From positions 64,001 to 128,000 of the forward strand of contig JAFATB010000005.1 in NCBI GenBank assembly GCA_019244185.1: DNA of 64,000 bases, given 5' to 3'. The DNA is from Acidobacteriota bacterium (GTDB taxonomy: Bacteria; Acidobacteriota; Thermoanaerobaculia; Gp7-AA8). Within the stretch, counting starts at the first letter, position 1; each line of letters starts with the position of its first letter. Under the pieces are notes generated by a model, which saw only the letters and a program-made list of their open reading frames with translations, ran no database searches and was not told the DNA's origin. Made by a program: the position numbers and the translations under genes. Positions 9,795 to 19,305 of the stretch are shown here, piece after piece.

Positions 9795-10229
9795 CTACTT
9801 CATCTGCTCGCGCGAACGCCGCTCCATCTCCTCGGAGCTCACGTCCTCGAAGTGCGTGGCGATCCACCAGAGATTGCCGGCGGAATCCTTCACGCCGGCG
9901 TTGCGGTCGCCGTAGAACTGATCGGCCGGTTCCATGATCGATGTCGCGCCGGCGCGCAACGCCGCCGCGTACGTGACGTCGGTGTTCTCGACGTAGAGGT
10001 AGAGCGCGCCGGGACGCGCCTCCGAGCCTTCGCGCGCCTGCCCCATCATCACCACCGAGTCGCCGATCACCGCTTCGGCGTGGCGCAGCTTGCCGGACGC
10101 GTCGGGGATCGCTTCCTTGATCATCGCGCCGAACGCCGCCTTCACGAACTCCACGAGACTCGGGAGATCGTCGACGGTGAGATACGGCGTGATGGTGTGG
10201 TAGCCGTCGGGGATCGCTTTCACGGTCAT
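9795..10229 (-). CDS. VOC/glyoxalase family protein (PhnB-like)
   Basis: IPDGYHTITPYL, HAEAVIGDSVVM and DQFYGDRNAGVKD motifs. Confidence 0.9.
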   Translation of the reverse strand: MTVKAIPDGYHTITPYLTVDDLPSLVEFVKAAFGAMIKEAIPDASGKLRHAEAVIGDSVVMMGQAREGSEARPGALYLYVENTDVTYAAALRAGATSIMEPADQFYGDRNAGVKDSAGNLWWIATHFEDVSSEEMERRSREQMK

Positions 10230-10618
10230 CGTTTCTTTCGTCCTTTCCCTTTCGCCGCGGTCACGCGATGCGCCTCGGCGATGAGCGATGCGATGGCCGG
10301 CCATCCGAGGCCGGTGTCGAGGTTGATGCCGATCCAGCCGCCCTTGCCGACGTACGGCGGCACGAAGAAGTGCTTCGGATCGGCGGCGACGATTGCTTCC
10401 TGCGCTCCGTCCGGCGCGTTGCACCAGATCGCGAGGCGGCCGTCGCCGTGGTGATTGTTCGTGAACATGACGAAGAGCCGCTCGTGCACGCGGAACGTCG
10501 GCTCGCCCCACGCGAGCTTCTCCGTGGTATCGGGGAGCGCGAGGCAGATCGCGCGCACGCGTTCGAGCGCATCCGCCGCGGTCTTCGCGGAGGCCTGACG
10601 TTTCTTCGCCGCCGTCAC
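10226..10618 (-). CDS. MmcQ/YjbR family DNA-binding protein
   Basis: RVRAICLALPDTTEKLAWGEPTFRV and FFVPPYVGKGGWIGI; GTG start overlaps the upstream stop. Confidence 0.85.
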   Translation of the reverse strand: MTAAKKRQASAKTAADALERVRAICLALPDTTEKLAWGEPTFRVHERLFVMFTNNHHGDGRLAIWCNAPDGAQEAIVAADPKHFFVPPYVGKGGWIGINLDTGLGWPAIASLIAEAHRVTAAKGKGRKKR

Positions 10619-11088
10619 CGCTTCTTCCGCTCTTCGTCGGCGATCTTCTTCGCGTGCCGCGACTGGCCGAGGGAGACGTTGATCGGGTGGCTGCGATCGA
10701 GGAACGGCACCGCGGGCTTCGCGCGCACGCCGACGAGCTGCCGCACCGTCAAGAGATAGTCCTGATCGGGTGCGATCTTCAGTCCCTGCTCGAGCGTCTC
10801 CAGCGCCTTCTTGCGATTGCCCGCGGCGAGATAGATGCGCGCGAGGTTCGCGTAGTGATCGCCGTTGTAGAACTCGAGCTCGATCGCGCGGCGGCACAGA
10901 TCGATGGCCGGCTTGAACTTCTTCTGTACGAGTGCGAGGCAGAGCGCGAAGTACGACAGGCCGGCCGCCGCCTTCGCGGTGTTCATCGGCGGCGCTTCTT
11001 CGGTGCCGTAGATGTCGAGGAACATGGTCAGCGCGTGGAGGAAGTCCTCGTCGCGCGTCGTGCGAATCGCCTCTTCCACCGTCGCCAT
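10615..11088 (-). CDS. Tetratricopeptide repeat protein
   Basis: TPR-like helices (AIDLCRRAIELE...HYANLARIYL); translationally coupled in the operon. Confidence 0.8.
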   Translation of the reverse strand: MATVEEAIRTTRDEDFLHALTMFLDIYGTEEAPPMNTAKAAAGLSYFALCLALVQKKFKPAIDLCRRAIELEFYNGDHYANLARIYLAAGNRKKALETLEQGLKIAPDQDYLLTVRQLVGVRAKPAVPFLDRSHPINVSLGQSRHAKKIADEERKKR

Positions 11089-11792
11089 CAGATCGTTTCC
11101 CGCGAGCGCAGCCGGTGCACGAAGCGCGAGATGCGCGCGCGCTCGTCCTCCGACGGATCGAGAAAGCGCATCCCGTATTTCGACATCGACCCGGAGAACT
11201 CCGCTCGCAAGACCTCGGCCAGCAGCTGCAGCGGTTGCGCATCGCCGGGCAGGTAGAAGTGCAGCCGCACCGGCCCTTCCTGCGGGAGCATGCGATCGAC
11301 CTCGATGAGGATGCCGGTCGCGGAGATGTTCACGCTGCGCCCGAGGACGAAGCGTCCGTTCTTCTCGAGCGAGACCTCGATCTTCGTGATCGTGCGCAGC
11401 TGCCGCCGCACCGGGATGCGCGTCAGCTTCTCGACTTTCTGATCGAGCTCCGGCTTCTGCAGCGGACGGAAGATCACGTCGTTGCAGCCGGCGGAGAGGC
11501 AGAGGTCGCCGTGCTCGGCGTGATCGCGGTCGCAGACGAGCAGCAGCGAGATCGCGCGCGTCAGCTCGTCGGCGCGGATCTCGCGGCAGAACTCCGGCGC
11601 GGTCATGTCGAAGAGGTCGTAGCCGAAGATGATGAGGTTCGGCTTTTCCATGCGCGCCTTGACGAGCCCCTCGGAGCCGGCCAGCGCGGTCATCACCTGC
11701 ATGTCGCGGCGCCGGAGGATCGTCTCCTGGAAGAGAAGCGCGCCACGGGAATGGTCGACCAGGAGAATGCTGCCCTGCGCGTCCGACGTCAT
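11088..11792 (-). CDS. Atypical receiver domain + PilZ domain protein
   Basis: N-terminal REC-like fold (ILLVDH...); PilZ motifs RRQLR and NISATG. Confidence 0.8.
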   Translation of the reverse strand: MTSDAQGSILLVDHSRGALLFQETILRRRDMQVMTALAGSEGLVKARMEKPNLIIFGYDLFDMTAPEFCREIRADELTRAISLLLVCDRDHAEHGDLCLSAGCNDVIFRPLQKPELDQKVEKLTRIPVRRQLRTITKIEVSLEKNGRFVLGRSVNISATGILIEVDRMLPQEGPVRLHFYLPGDAQPLQLLAEVLRAEFSGSMSKYGMRFLDPSEDERARISRFVHRLRSRETI

Positions 11793-12922
11793 GCCGCCGT
11801 GATCTCCCTCAGTTTGCGGACCGCGCGGCCGAGGTCCGAGACCAGGAGCGCCACGTGATCGCTGGTATTCGACTTCCCGAATCCAAAACGAATCGAGCCC
11901 ATCGCCGCTTCGTCCGAGAGACCGATCGCCTTCAGCACGCGCGACGGTCCGCGGTCGCCGGCGCTGCAGGCGGAGCCCGACGAAAGCGAGAATCGTTTCA
12001 TGGCCAGGATGAGCGAGTCGGCTTCCACGCGATCGAAGCTGACGTTGAGATTGCCCGGCAATCTTAACTCCCGCGGTCCATTGATCGAAACGCCGTCGAT
12101 GTTCGCGACGATGCCGTCGCGCAGTTCTTCGCGCAGCGCGACGAGGCGCACCGCCTCGTCGTGCATCTCGGACGCGCGCAGTTGCAGCGCCGCCGCGAAG
12201 CCGACGATCGCCGGAACGTTGAGCGTGCCGGCGCGCACGCCGCGTTCCTGTCCGCCGCCGATGACCACCGGCTCCACGCGCGTGCCGCGACGCACGAACA
12301 GCGCGCCGATGCCTTTCGGTCCGTAGACCTTGTGCGCGGAGAACGACGCGAGGTCGACGAGCGACAGGTCGAGCGGAATCTTCCCCGCCGCCTGCGTCGC
12401 GTCGGTGTGAAAGAGGACGCGACGTTCGCGACAGACCGCGGCCAGCGCGCCGATCGGCTGGATCGTGCCGATCTCGCCGTTCGCCGCCTCGATCGACACG
12501 AGCCGCGTCTCCGGACGCAGCGCCGCGCGCAACGCGTCGGCCGTGATGAAGCCTTCGGAGTCGGGCTCGAGGATCGTGACCGCGACGCCGCGTTTCGCGA
12601 GCCGCTCCGCGGGCACGAGGATCGACTTGTGCTCGGTCGCGCTCGTGATGAGGTGGTCGCCCTCGCGGAGCAGATTCAGCGCGATGTTGTTCGACTCCGT
12701 CGCGCCGGCGGTGAAGTAGATCTCCGGCGGCAGCACGCCGAGAAACCGCGCGATGGCGATGCGCGCGTCTTCGACGGCGGTCGACGCCTTCCGCCCATGC
12801 GCGTGCGTGATCGACGCCGGGTTGCCGAAAAAGTCCGTGAAGTACGGCAGCATCGCCTCCACGACGCGCGGATCGCACGGAGTCGTGGAGTGATGATCGA
12901 CGTAGATGACGTCGAGGGGCAT
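11789..12922 (-). CDS. Cysteine desulfurase (IscS/NifS family)
   Basis: FGNPAS, GATESNN, FHTDATQ, SAHKVYGPKGIG and SSGSAC motifs. Confidence 0.95.
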   Translation of the reverse strand: MPLDVIYVDHHSTTPCDPRVVEAMLPYFTDFFGNPASITHAHGRKASTAVEDARIAIARFLGVLPPEIYFTAGATESNNIALNLLREGDHLITSATEHKSILVPAERLAKRGVAVTILEPDSEGFITADALRAALRPETRLVSIEAANGEIGTIQPIGALAAVCRERRVLFHTDATQAAGKIPLDLSLVDLASFSAHKVYGPKGIGALFVRRGTRVEPVVIGGGQERGVRAGTLNVPAIVGFAAALQLRASEMHDEAVRLVALREELRDGIVANIDGVSINGPRELRLPGNLNVSFDRVEADSLILAMKRFSLSSGSACSAGDRGPSRVLKAIGLSDEAAMGSIRFGFGKSNTSDHVALLVSDLGRAVRKLREITAA

Positions 12923-13283
12923 GGCTCGAAGTGTAACGCGAGCGGTGGAACGTGCGGCGAGACGTGTTGCGCAGTCCTCTACCGGCTCTTCACGCGCGCT
13001 TTACGAACGAGGGCAGACGGCTTTACGTCCGCAGACCTAGGCTTGGTGCATGAACCGATTTGAGCCGAATTCGCGCGGCCAAATTCACATTGGGCACATG
13101 CCGGCTGCAACGGCCGGCAACCGGCATCGCGCCATGTTCGCGGCTCTCCCCGAGCCGACGGAGGTGCGAAATGGCTAACCGGCACGGGTAAGACCCGCCT
13201 CCCGCTCTCATTCTCTTTTCACTTCTCGCACGCCGCCTCGTGATTGGCGGCGCTCGGAGAACGTGTCGATTCCGGAGGCAACG

Positions 13284-13643
13284 ATGTTGTCCGTAGACAG
13301 ACTTCCCCTCGTGCAGACCTTCGCCCATCGTGCACATGGATTGGTGCGCACGCTGGAGCTCATGCACCTCGCCGATTTCGTGATCGGCTTCACCCACAGC
13401 CATCTCGCGCTGTTGCTCGCGCCGCTGCTGACCAGCACGAGTTCCGCGACGTCTCCCGCGCTCCTCGGCGCATTCACCATCGCCGCGATGTTCTTCCCGG
13501 GATTTGCGTGGAAGCGGCGCCGGCGGTCGAGCAAGCGCGCGCGCCGCCAGCGGACGCGCATCGTCGAGCGCATCCACAAGCATCCCGACGGCTCGGAGGA
13601 TCGGGAGACGATCACCACGCGCGAGTCCGACGAGCCTGGTTGA
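13284..13643 (+). CDS. Hypothetical membrane protein with an Arg-rich tail
   Basis: GGAGG SD before the ATG at 13284; hydrophobic stretch followed by WKRRRRSSKRARR. Confidence 0.55.
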   Translation: MLSVDRLPLVQTFAHRAHGLVRTLELMHLADFVIGFTHSHLALLLAPLLTSTSSATSPALLGAFTIAAMFFPGFAWKRRRRSSKRARRQRTRIVERIHKHPDGSEDRETITTRESDEPG

Positions 13644-13691
13644 ACGGAACGATGATTCGCGATCCGTGCGATCGCGAGTTTCCGTCGAACC

Positions 13692-15119
13692 CTACCGCCG
13701 CCTGCGCCGCCGCCGCTTGACCGTGCCCTGCTCCGCTTCCTCCTGCGCGCGCTTGACGCGCACGGCAAACGCCTGCCACTGGCGGAAGACGTCGACGTAG
13801 CGTCCGGACGAGAGGGCGTAGAGCTCAAGCAGCGCGAGCGCGTCGTTGAACGGCTCGCGGTAGACGGCGCGGAATTGCGAGCGGCGGTCGGTGGGCGGCT
13901 CGAGCAAGCGCCAAAGCGTTTCGAGCGCCTGTTCGATCTGATGGCGCGTGCCGGCGGCGAGCGACATGCGCGCGCAGAGCGGCTGCGTGAGGTCGCGGAT
14001 GAAGGTGATCACGTCGCCCATACGCATCCGCGAATCGCGCCGCTGCTCCTCGCGCTCGATCTCGTCGATGACCCACGGCAGCATCAGCACCGCGAGCAGC
14101 ACCGCGTCGGAGATCTTCCGCCCCGCCTGCACGGTGCGGTCGAGCACTTCGAGCATCTTCCAGAAATACGCCGCGTGATCGTCGCGGATGGCGGTGTAGA
14201 TTTCCGGCAGCAGCGGCTGCAGGAGCGCGGTATCGACCATGAGGCGGATCGCGCCGCGCGACCAGCCGCGGCGCAGCAGTTCGAGGATCTCTTCGGACAC
14301 GCGCGGCGGCGAGGCCTTCAGGATCTCGTTGCGATGCCGGAGGATGCCTTCGTACGTCTTCTGCTCGATCTCGAACCCGAGGCGCGAGGCGAACTCGATC
14401 GCGCGCATCATGCGAACGGGGTCTTCGCGGAAGCGCAGATCGGGATCGCCGATGACGCGCACGCGCCCTTCCGCGAGATCCTCGAGGCCGCCGACGTAGT
14501 CGATCACCGAGAAATCGGCGATGTTGTAGAAGAGCGCGTTGATCGTGAAGTCGCGGCGCCGCGCGTCCTGCAGCGGCGAGCCGAACGTGTTGTCGTCGGT
14601 GATGAGGAAGTCTTCCGACTCCACGTCCGCGACGGTCCGTTCCGGCTCGCGGCGGAACGTCGCCACTTCGACGACCTGGTCCTGAAAGATGATGTGCACG
14701 AGGCGGAAGCGGCGGCCGATGATGCGGCTGTTGCGGAAGAGGCGCCGCACTTCCGCCGGATGCGCGTCGGTGACGACGTCGAAGTCCTTCGGCGTGCGGT
14801 CCATGAGCAGATCGCGCACGCTGCCGCCGCAGAGATACGCGCGGTAGCCGCTGCGATGCAGGCGGTAGAGCACCTTGAGCACGTTCTCCGGGATGCTGCG
14901 GCGCGAGATCGGATGCGCGCTGCGGTCGATGACGTTCGCGTCGAGAACGTGATTCGCGTCAGCAGCCACGGCGGCGGCCCCGGCGGCAGCATCGGCCGCA
15001 TTCGATGGCGGATCGGCCACGGCATCCGGCGCCGCGGCGGTCGCCTGCGTCTCGCTCGTCTCGTTCACATCCGCCGGCGGCGTCTCCGCCGCGCCACCGT
15101 TACTCGTTTCCATAGGCAC
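13692..15119 (-). CDS. pcnB: Poly(A) polymerase I
   Basis: GGSVRDLL, PKDFDVVT, IIGRRFRLVHI (PAP-specific signature), RRDFTINAL and EDPVRMMRA. Confidence 0.92.
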   Translation of the reverse strand: MPMETSNGGAAETPPADVNETSETQATAAAPDAVADPPSNAADAAAGAAAVAADANHVLDANVIDRSAHPISRRSIPENVLKVLYRLHRSGYRAYLCGGSVRDLLMDRTPKDFDVVTDAHPAEVRRLFRNSRIIGRRFRLVHIIFQDQVVEVATFRREPERTVADVESEDFLITDDNTFGSPLQDARRRDFTINALFYNIADFSVIDYVGGLEDLAEGRVRVIGDPDLRFREDPVRMMRAIEFASRLGFEIEQKTYEGILRHRNEILKASPPRVSEEILELLRRGWSRGAIRLMVDTALLQPLLPEIYTAIRDDHAAYFWKMLEVLDRTVQAGRKISDAVLLAVLMLPWVIDEIEREEQRRDSRMRMGDVITFIRDLTQPLCARMSLAAGTRHQIEQALETLWRLLEPPTDRRSQFRAVYREPFNDALALLELYALSSGRYVDVFRQWQAFAVRVKRAQEEAEQGTVKRRRRRRR

Positions 15120-15861
15120 TGATGCCGGGCGTGTAGTGATACTTGCTGTCGACGACGAAGAACGTCCGCTTCCAGCGGGTCTCGTCGAAGAAATGCAGCA
15201 GCACGTTCGTCAGCTCTTTCGCGCGCTCGGAAGGCGGGCTGCCCTGCGGCGGCGGCTCGCGCTCGAACGACCAGTAGACCATGAACGCGCGGCCCTTGAT
15301 GAGCGAGCGCGGCACCGTGCCCCAGTAGCGCGAGTCGCTGGAGCGGTCGCGGTTGTCGCCCATCGCGAAGTACTGCCCCGGCGGTACGGTGACCGGCCCG
15401 AACTGATCGCGCGAGCGGTACGGCTCGGGCAGCGCCGGCTGATCGGGATAGATCTGCGGATCGTCGTGGACGACGTACGGCTCGACGAGCGGCTTTCCGT
15501 TGATCGAGACGACCTTGTCGCGCACGGTCACGACGTCGCCCGGCATGCCGATCACGCGTTTCACGAAGTCGGTGTCGGGATCGAGCGGATAGCGGAAGAC
15601 GATGATGTCGCCGCGGCGCACGTCGCGCAGCGGAAAGATTCCGGAGAGCAGGCTCTCGCCTTTCGGCCCGTAGATGAACTTGTTGACGATGATGTGGTCG
15701 CCGACTTTCAGGTTGTCTTCCATCGATCCGGTCGGGATCTTGAACGCCTGGAAGACGAAGATGCGCGCGAAGTTGACGAAGATGAGGGCGATGAGGAGTG
15801 CTTCGTAATATTCGCGGACCGTCGATTTTCGGGCCGGCGACTGCTCAGCGGCGGCTGCCAT
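15100..15861 (-). CDS. lepB: Signal peptidase I
   Basis: IPTGSM, FVKRVIG and MGDNRDRSSDSRYWG motifs. Confidence 0.96.
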   Translation of the reverse strand: MAAAAEQSPARKSTVREYYEALLIALIFVNFARIFVFQAFKIPTGSMEDNLKVGDHIIVNKFIYGPKGESLLSGIFPLRDVRRGDIIVFRYPLDPDTDFVKRVIGMPGDVVTVRDKVVSINGKPLVEPYVVHDDPQIYPDQPALPEPYRSRDQFGPVTVPPGQYFAMGDNRDRSSDSRYWGTVPRSLIKGRAFMVYWSFEREPPPQGSPPSERAKELTNVLLHFFDETRWKRTFFVVDSKYHYTPGISAYGNE

Positions 15862-16897
15862 TCGTGGAGCGGTTCCCCTTCAACTGATCTGCGATGAAGC
15901 CAGCGGCAAACGATTGTACGACACCGGGCGGGACGGCCACGACGCGCGTCTCCCGCCGATAGCGTCCGGCCGGCAGCTTCGCATCGCCCACGATGCTCCT
16001 CGTTGCGTTCGGCGCGCTGCCGCCAACGAGGTACACGCGTCCGCCGTCGATCCACGGAACCTCGTGCACGGCCTTCCACAGCGCGTCGTCCGCGTTCTTC
16101 GCGATCACGAGCGCCACGCGCGCATTGCGCAGGAGCGCGCCGCGCGCGTCGTTCCAGCGGTAGAGATCGTCATCGAGCCAGACCACGAGCGGCAGCTTCT
16201 CGTCGTAGCGCAGGTCCAGCGGACGGAGGATGATCGCGCCGGCGGCGAACGGCTGCACGTCGACATCCAGCCGTACGGCAGGCGAGATGTCGATCCGCCG
16301 TGCCTCCCCGCCGTATTTCATCGATTCCACCCGCTCCGACGCGTCCGGCGTCGACCAGATTACCGAGTAGCGCTCGCCCGCGTCGTCCCACGTCACCGTA
16401 CGCACGCGGCCGAACGGAAAGTCGTTCGCCGTCATCGCCGAGGTCGGGATGTGCACCGTGCGCACGATGTCGCCCGACTTCGCGCGGATGACGTAGCTCG
16501 CCTTGTTGCCGCGCGGCGCCCATTCCACGCCGACTTCATCGACCGGCTCCGGCGGCACCCAGTTGATCTTGCCGCCGTCCGTCGAGACGAGGCCGATGTC
16601 GAAATTGTCGCGGCGTTTCGCCGAGAACACGACCTCGCCGCGCGCCTCGGACACGTCGAACGAATCGATGTCGATGAACGGATCGGTGAGCGGCTTGTCG
16701 CCGTTCATGAGGCGCGGCCGGATCGGATTGCGCTGGATGCGCACCGCGCCCGTCGTCTTCGGCTCCGCCGCCGGCATCGTCGCCGCGTGCGGCACGCTGA
16801 GCCACGCGTCGGGGATGCGCGTCGTGGACGGCGCGCCGCCGGCGAGCACCGGCAGCGCAGCCATCGTCAGCGCGAACCGCAGCGCGAGCCGCCGCAT
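15845..16897 (-). CDS. Secreted hypothetical protein (TolB-like beta-propeller segment, possible degenerate hydrolase C-terminus)
   Basis: Signal peptide; WAPRG propeller-like repeat; operon position between the P5C dehydrogenase and lepB. Confidence 0.6.
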   Translation of the reverse strand: MRRLALRFALTMAALPVLAGGAPSTTRIPDAWLSVPHAATMPAAEPKTTGAVRIQRNPIRPRLMNGDKPLTDPFIDIDSFDVSEARGEVVFSAKRRDNFDIGLVSTDGGKINWVPPEPVDEVGVEWAPRGNKASYVIRAKSGDIVRTVHIPTSAMTANDFPFGRVRTVTWDDAGERYSVIWSTPDASERVESMKYGGEARRIDISPAVRLDVDVQPFAAGAIILRPLDLRYDEKLPLVVWLDDDLYRWNDARGALLRNARVALVIAKNADDALWKAVHEVPWIDGGRVYLVGGSAPNATRSIVGDAKLPAGRYRRETRVVAVPPGVVQSFAAGFIADQLKGNRSTNGSRR

Positions 16898-16907
16898 CGG
16901 AGTCGCG

Positions 16908-18500
16908 TCAGAAACCCTTCGCGTCGCGCACCACCTTCGGCTGCGCGCCGACTTTCCGCGAGATCGCCTTCGCCTGCAGGAACAGGCCGAGGTAATCGCG
17001 GCCGCCGGCTTTCGAATCGGTGCCCGACATGTTGAAGCCGCCGAACGGATGCACGCCGACGAGCGCGCCGGTGCACTTGCGATTCAGATAGAGATTGCCG
17101 ACGAAGAACTCCTCGCGCGCGCGCTCGAGCTTCTCCTCGTTGTCGGTGAAGACCGCGCCGGTGAGCCCGTACTGCGAGTCGTTGGCGATGCGCAGCGCAT
17201 CGTCGAAGTCCTTCGCTTTGATCACCGCGAGCACGGGGCCGAAGATCTCTTCCTGCGCGATCGTCGAGTCGGGCGACACGGGACCGATCACGGTCGGCTG
17301 GATGAAGAAGCCTTCCTTGCCGTCGACGTCGCCGCCGGCGAGCACGTCGCCTTCCTTCTTCCCCTTCTCGATGTACTCGCTGATCGTCTTGAACGCCTTC
17401 TTGCCGACGACGGGACCGAGGTGCACGTCGTCCTGCGCCGGATCGCCGATGCGCAGCTTCTTCGTCTTCTCGACGATCATCGGCACGATCTCGTCGAAGA
17501 CCGCCTCGTCGATGATGACGCGCGAGCAGGCGGAGCACTTCTGTCCCTGGAAGCCGAACGCCGACGCCACGACCGCGGCCGCGGCCTCGTCGAGGTTCTT
17601 CGTCTCGCGGTCGATGATGATCGCGTCCTTGCCGCCCATCTCGGCGACGACGCGCTTGATCCACAGCTGGCCCTCGCGATGCTTGGCCGCCTGTTCGTTG
17701 ATGTGCAGGCCGACCTGCTTCGAGCCGGTGAAGGAGATGAAGCGGATGCGCGGATGCTGGATCAGCGGATCGCCGACCTCGGCCCCGCCGCCGCTCACGA
17801 AGTTCACGACGCCCGCCGGCATCTCCGCTTCCTCGAGCAGCGCGAAGAAGCGATACGCGATCCACGGCGAGTCCGACGACGGCTTGAGGATGACGCAGTT
17901 GCCCGCGCCGATCGCGGCCGTGGTCATGCCCGCCATGATCGCCAGCGGGAAGTTCCACGGCGGAATCACGGCGCCGACGCCGAGCGGAATGTAGACGAGA
18001 TGGTTGTCTTCCGATTCGATCTTCGTGATCGGCTGTTCGCCTTTGTAGCGATACGCCTCTCGCGCGTAGAACTCGAGGAAGTCGATCGCTTCCGCCGTAT
18101 CGGCGTCCGCTTCCGCCCACGTCTTGCCGACTTCGAGCACCATCGTCGCGGAGAACTCGTGCTTGCGCTCGCGCAGCAGCGCGGCGGCGCGCAGCAAGAG
18201 GCCGGCGTGCGTGTCGACCGGCTGCCGTTTCCACGACTCGAACGCGGTCCACGCGGCGTCGAGCGCCTGCTCGACGTGCTTGGCGTTGCCGGACGAAAAC
18301 TTGCCGAGGACCTCGTCCTTGCGCGCGGGGTTGATCGAGTCGAACGTGCCGAGTCCCGTGATGCGCTCGCCGCCGATCACCAGCGGGTACGTGCGGCCGA
18401 TCTCGCCGCGCACTTTGGCGATGGCGGCCTCCATCGCGGACTTGTGCTCGGGCTTGGAGAAATCGGTGAGGGGCTCGTTCCGGAACTCGGGAAGGGACAT
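16908..18500 (-). CDS. pruA: L-glutamate gamma-semialdehyde (1-pyrroline-5-carboxylate) dehydrogenase
   Basis: FRNEPLTDF, PWNFPLAI, FTGSKQVG, EMGGKD, GQKCSACS and YLNRKCTGALVG motifs. Confidence 0.95.
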   Translation of the reverse strand: MSLPEFRNEPLTDFSKPEHKSAMEAAIAKVRGEIGRTYPLVIGGERITGLGTFDSINPARKDEVLGKFSSGNAKHVEQALDAAWTAFESWKRQPVDTHAGLLLRAAALLRERKHEFSATMVLEVGKTWAEADADTAEAIDFLEFYAREAYRYKGEQPITKIESEDNHLVYIPLGVGAVIPPWNFPLAIMAGMTTAAIGAGNCVILKPSSDSPWIAYRFFALLEEAEMPAGVVNFVSGGGAEVGDPLIQHPRIRFISFTGSKQVGLHINEQAAKHREGQLWIKRVVAEMGGKDAIIIDRETKNLDEAAAAVVASAFGFQGQKCSACSRVIIDEAVFDEIVPMIVEKTKKLRIGDPAQDDVHLGPVVGKKAFKTISEYIEKGKKEGDVLAGGDVDGKEGFFIQPTVIGPVSPDSTIAQEEIFGPVLAVIKAKDFDDALRIANDSQYGLTGAVFTDNEEKLERAREEFFVGNLYLNRKCTGALVGVHPFGGFNMSGTDSKAGGRDYLGLFLQAKAISRKVGAQPKVVRDAKGF

Positions 18501-18546
18501 CGGATTTCCTTTCAGGCGCTCGTGTTGCTACAAGAGAGCGCGGCGC

Positions 18547-19287
18547 ATGTTATCGAAATCACTTCTGAGAGCAACCATCCTCGGATTGGCCCCGTTCGCC
18601 GGCGTTTTGTTTGCCAGCGGATGCTCGCACCTCATCCGCACGCCGTGGCGCAACGAGCCGATCCGCAACGAGGTGAACCTCGCGTTCACGCTGGAGCGGA
18701 ACCTGATCCGGCTGCCGTCGATCCGTATCGACAATCACGACGGCCGTTTCATTCTCGGCACCGCGTCGCAGCGCACGATCGTCGACGCGAGCTTCCCGCT
18801 GACGGCGAGCTCCGCGCACGCGCTCGAGATGGGCGACCGCGAGACCGTGCGCATCGACCCGCGGCGCATCGACCTCGCCGGCGCCGCGGACGGCATCGTC
18901 GGGGTCGAGGCGTGGAGCGCGCACGCGATCACCATCGATTACCACGTCGGCGTCGTCACGTATCAAAAGGACGGCATCCATCCCGCGTACATGCAGCTCT
19001 ACTCGTTCAGCGGCGAGCCGATGATCAACCTCAACGTCGATGGCCAGACGCTCTCCGCGATCGTCGACACGACCGTGCCGGATACTCTGCTCCTCCCCGG
19101 CGCGAACGGCACGCGCGGGCGTGCGCATGTCGTCGTCGGCACGACCGACTTCGGCGCGATCGACGTCGGCTACGCGAACGTGGCCCGGCCGCGCGTCGGC
19201 AACCGGCTACTGTCGCGCTTCCTCGTGTCGATCGACTACGGCCGGCGCGTCGTCGGGCTGTGGCGCGATCCGCGGATTCCGCTGTAG
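18547..19287 (+). CDS. Lipoprotein with a two-lobed retropepsin-like (aspartyl protease-like) fold, possibly degenerate
   Basis: Lipobox LFASG-C; FILGTAS and AIVDTT segments; GIVG...ITIDY and VGNRLL...VSIDY repeats. Confidence 0.6.
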   Translation: MLSKSLLRATILGLAPFAGVLFASGCSHLIRTPWRNEPIRNEVNLAFTLERNLIRLPSIRIDNHDGRFILGTASQRTIVDASFPLTASSAHALEMGDRETVRIDPRRIDLAGAADGIVGVEAWSAHAITIDYHVGVVTYQKDGIHPAYMQLYSFSGEPMINLNVDGQTLSAIVDTTVPDTLLLPGANGTRGRAHVVVGTTDFGAIDVGYANVARPRVGNRLLSRFLVSIDYGRRVVGLWRDPRIPL

Positions 19288-19305
19288 ACGGCGGATAATC
19301 ACGCG

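Noticed and set aside
12935-13260. 6S RNA, tRNA-Sec or a known riboswitch in the long intergenic gap
   Set aside because: No cloverleaf, UCA anticodon arm, long 6S-like rod or recognisable aptamer consensus could be matched by eye; kept only as an unclassified structured leader
13692-13720. Poly-Arg C-terminus of PcnB
   Set aside because: Basic tails are normal for bacterial poly(A) polymerases
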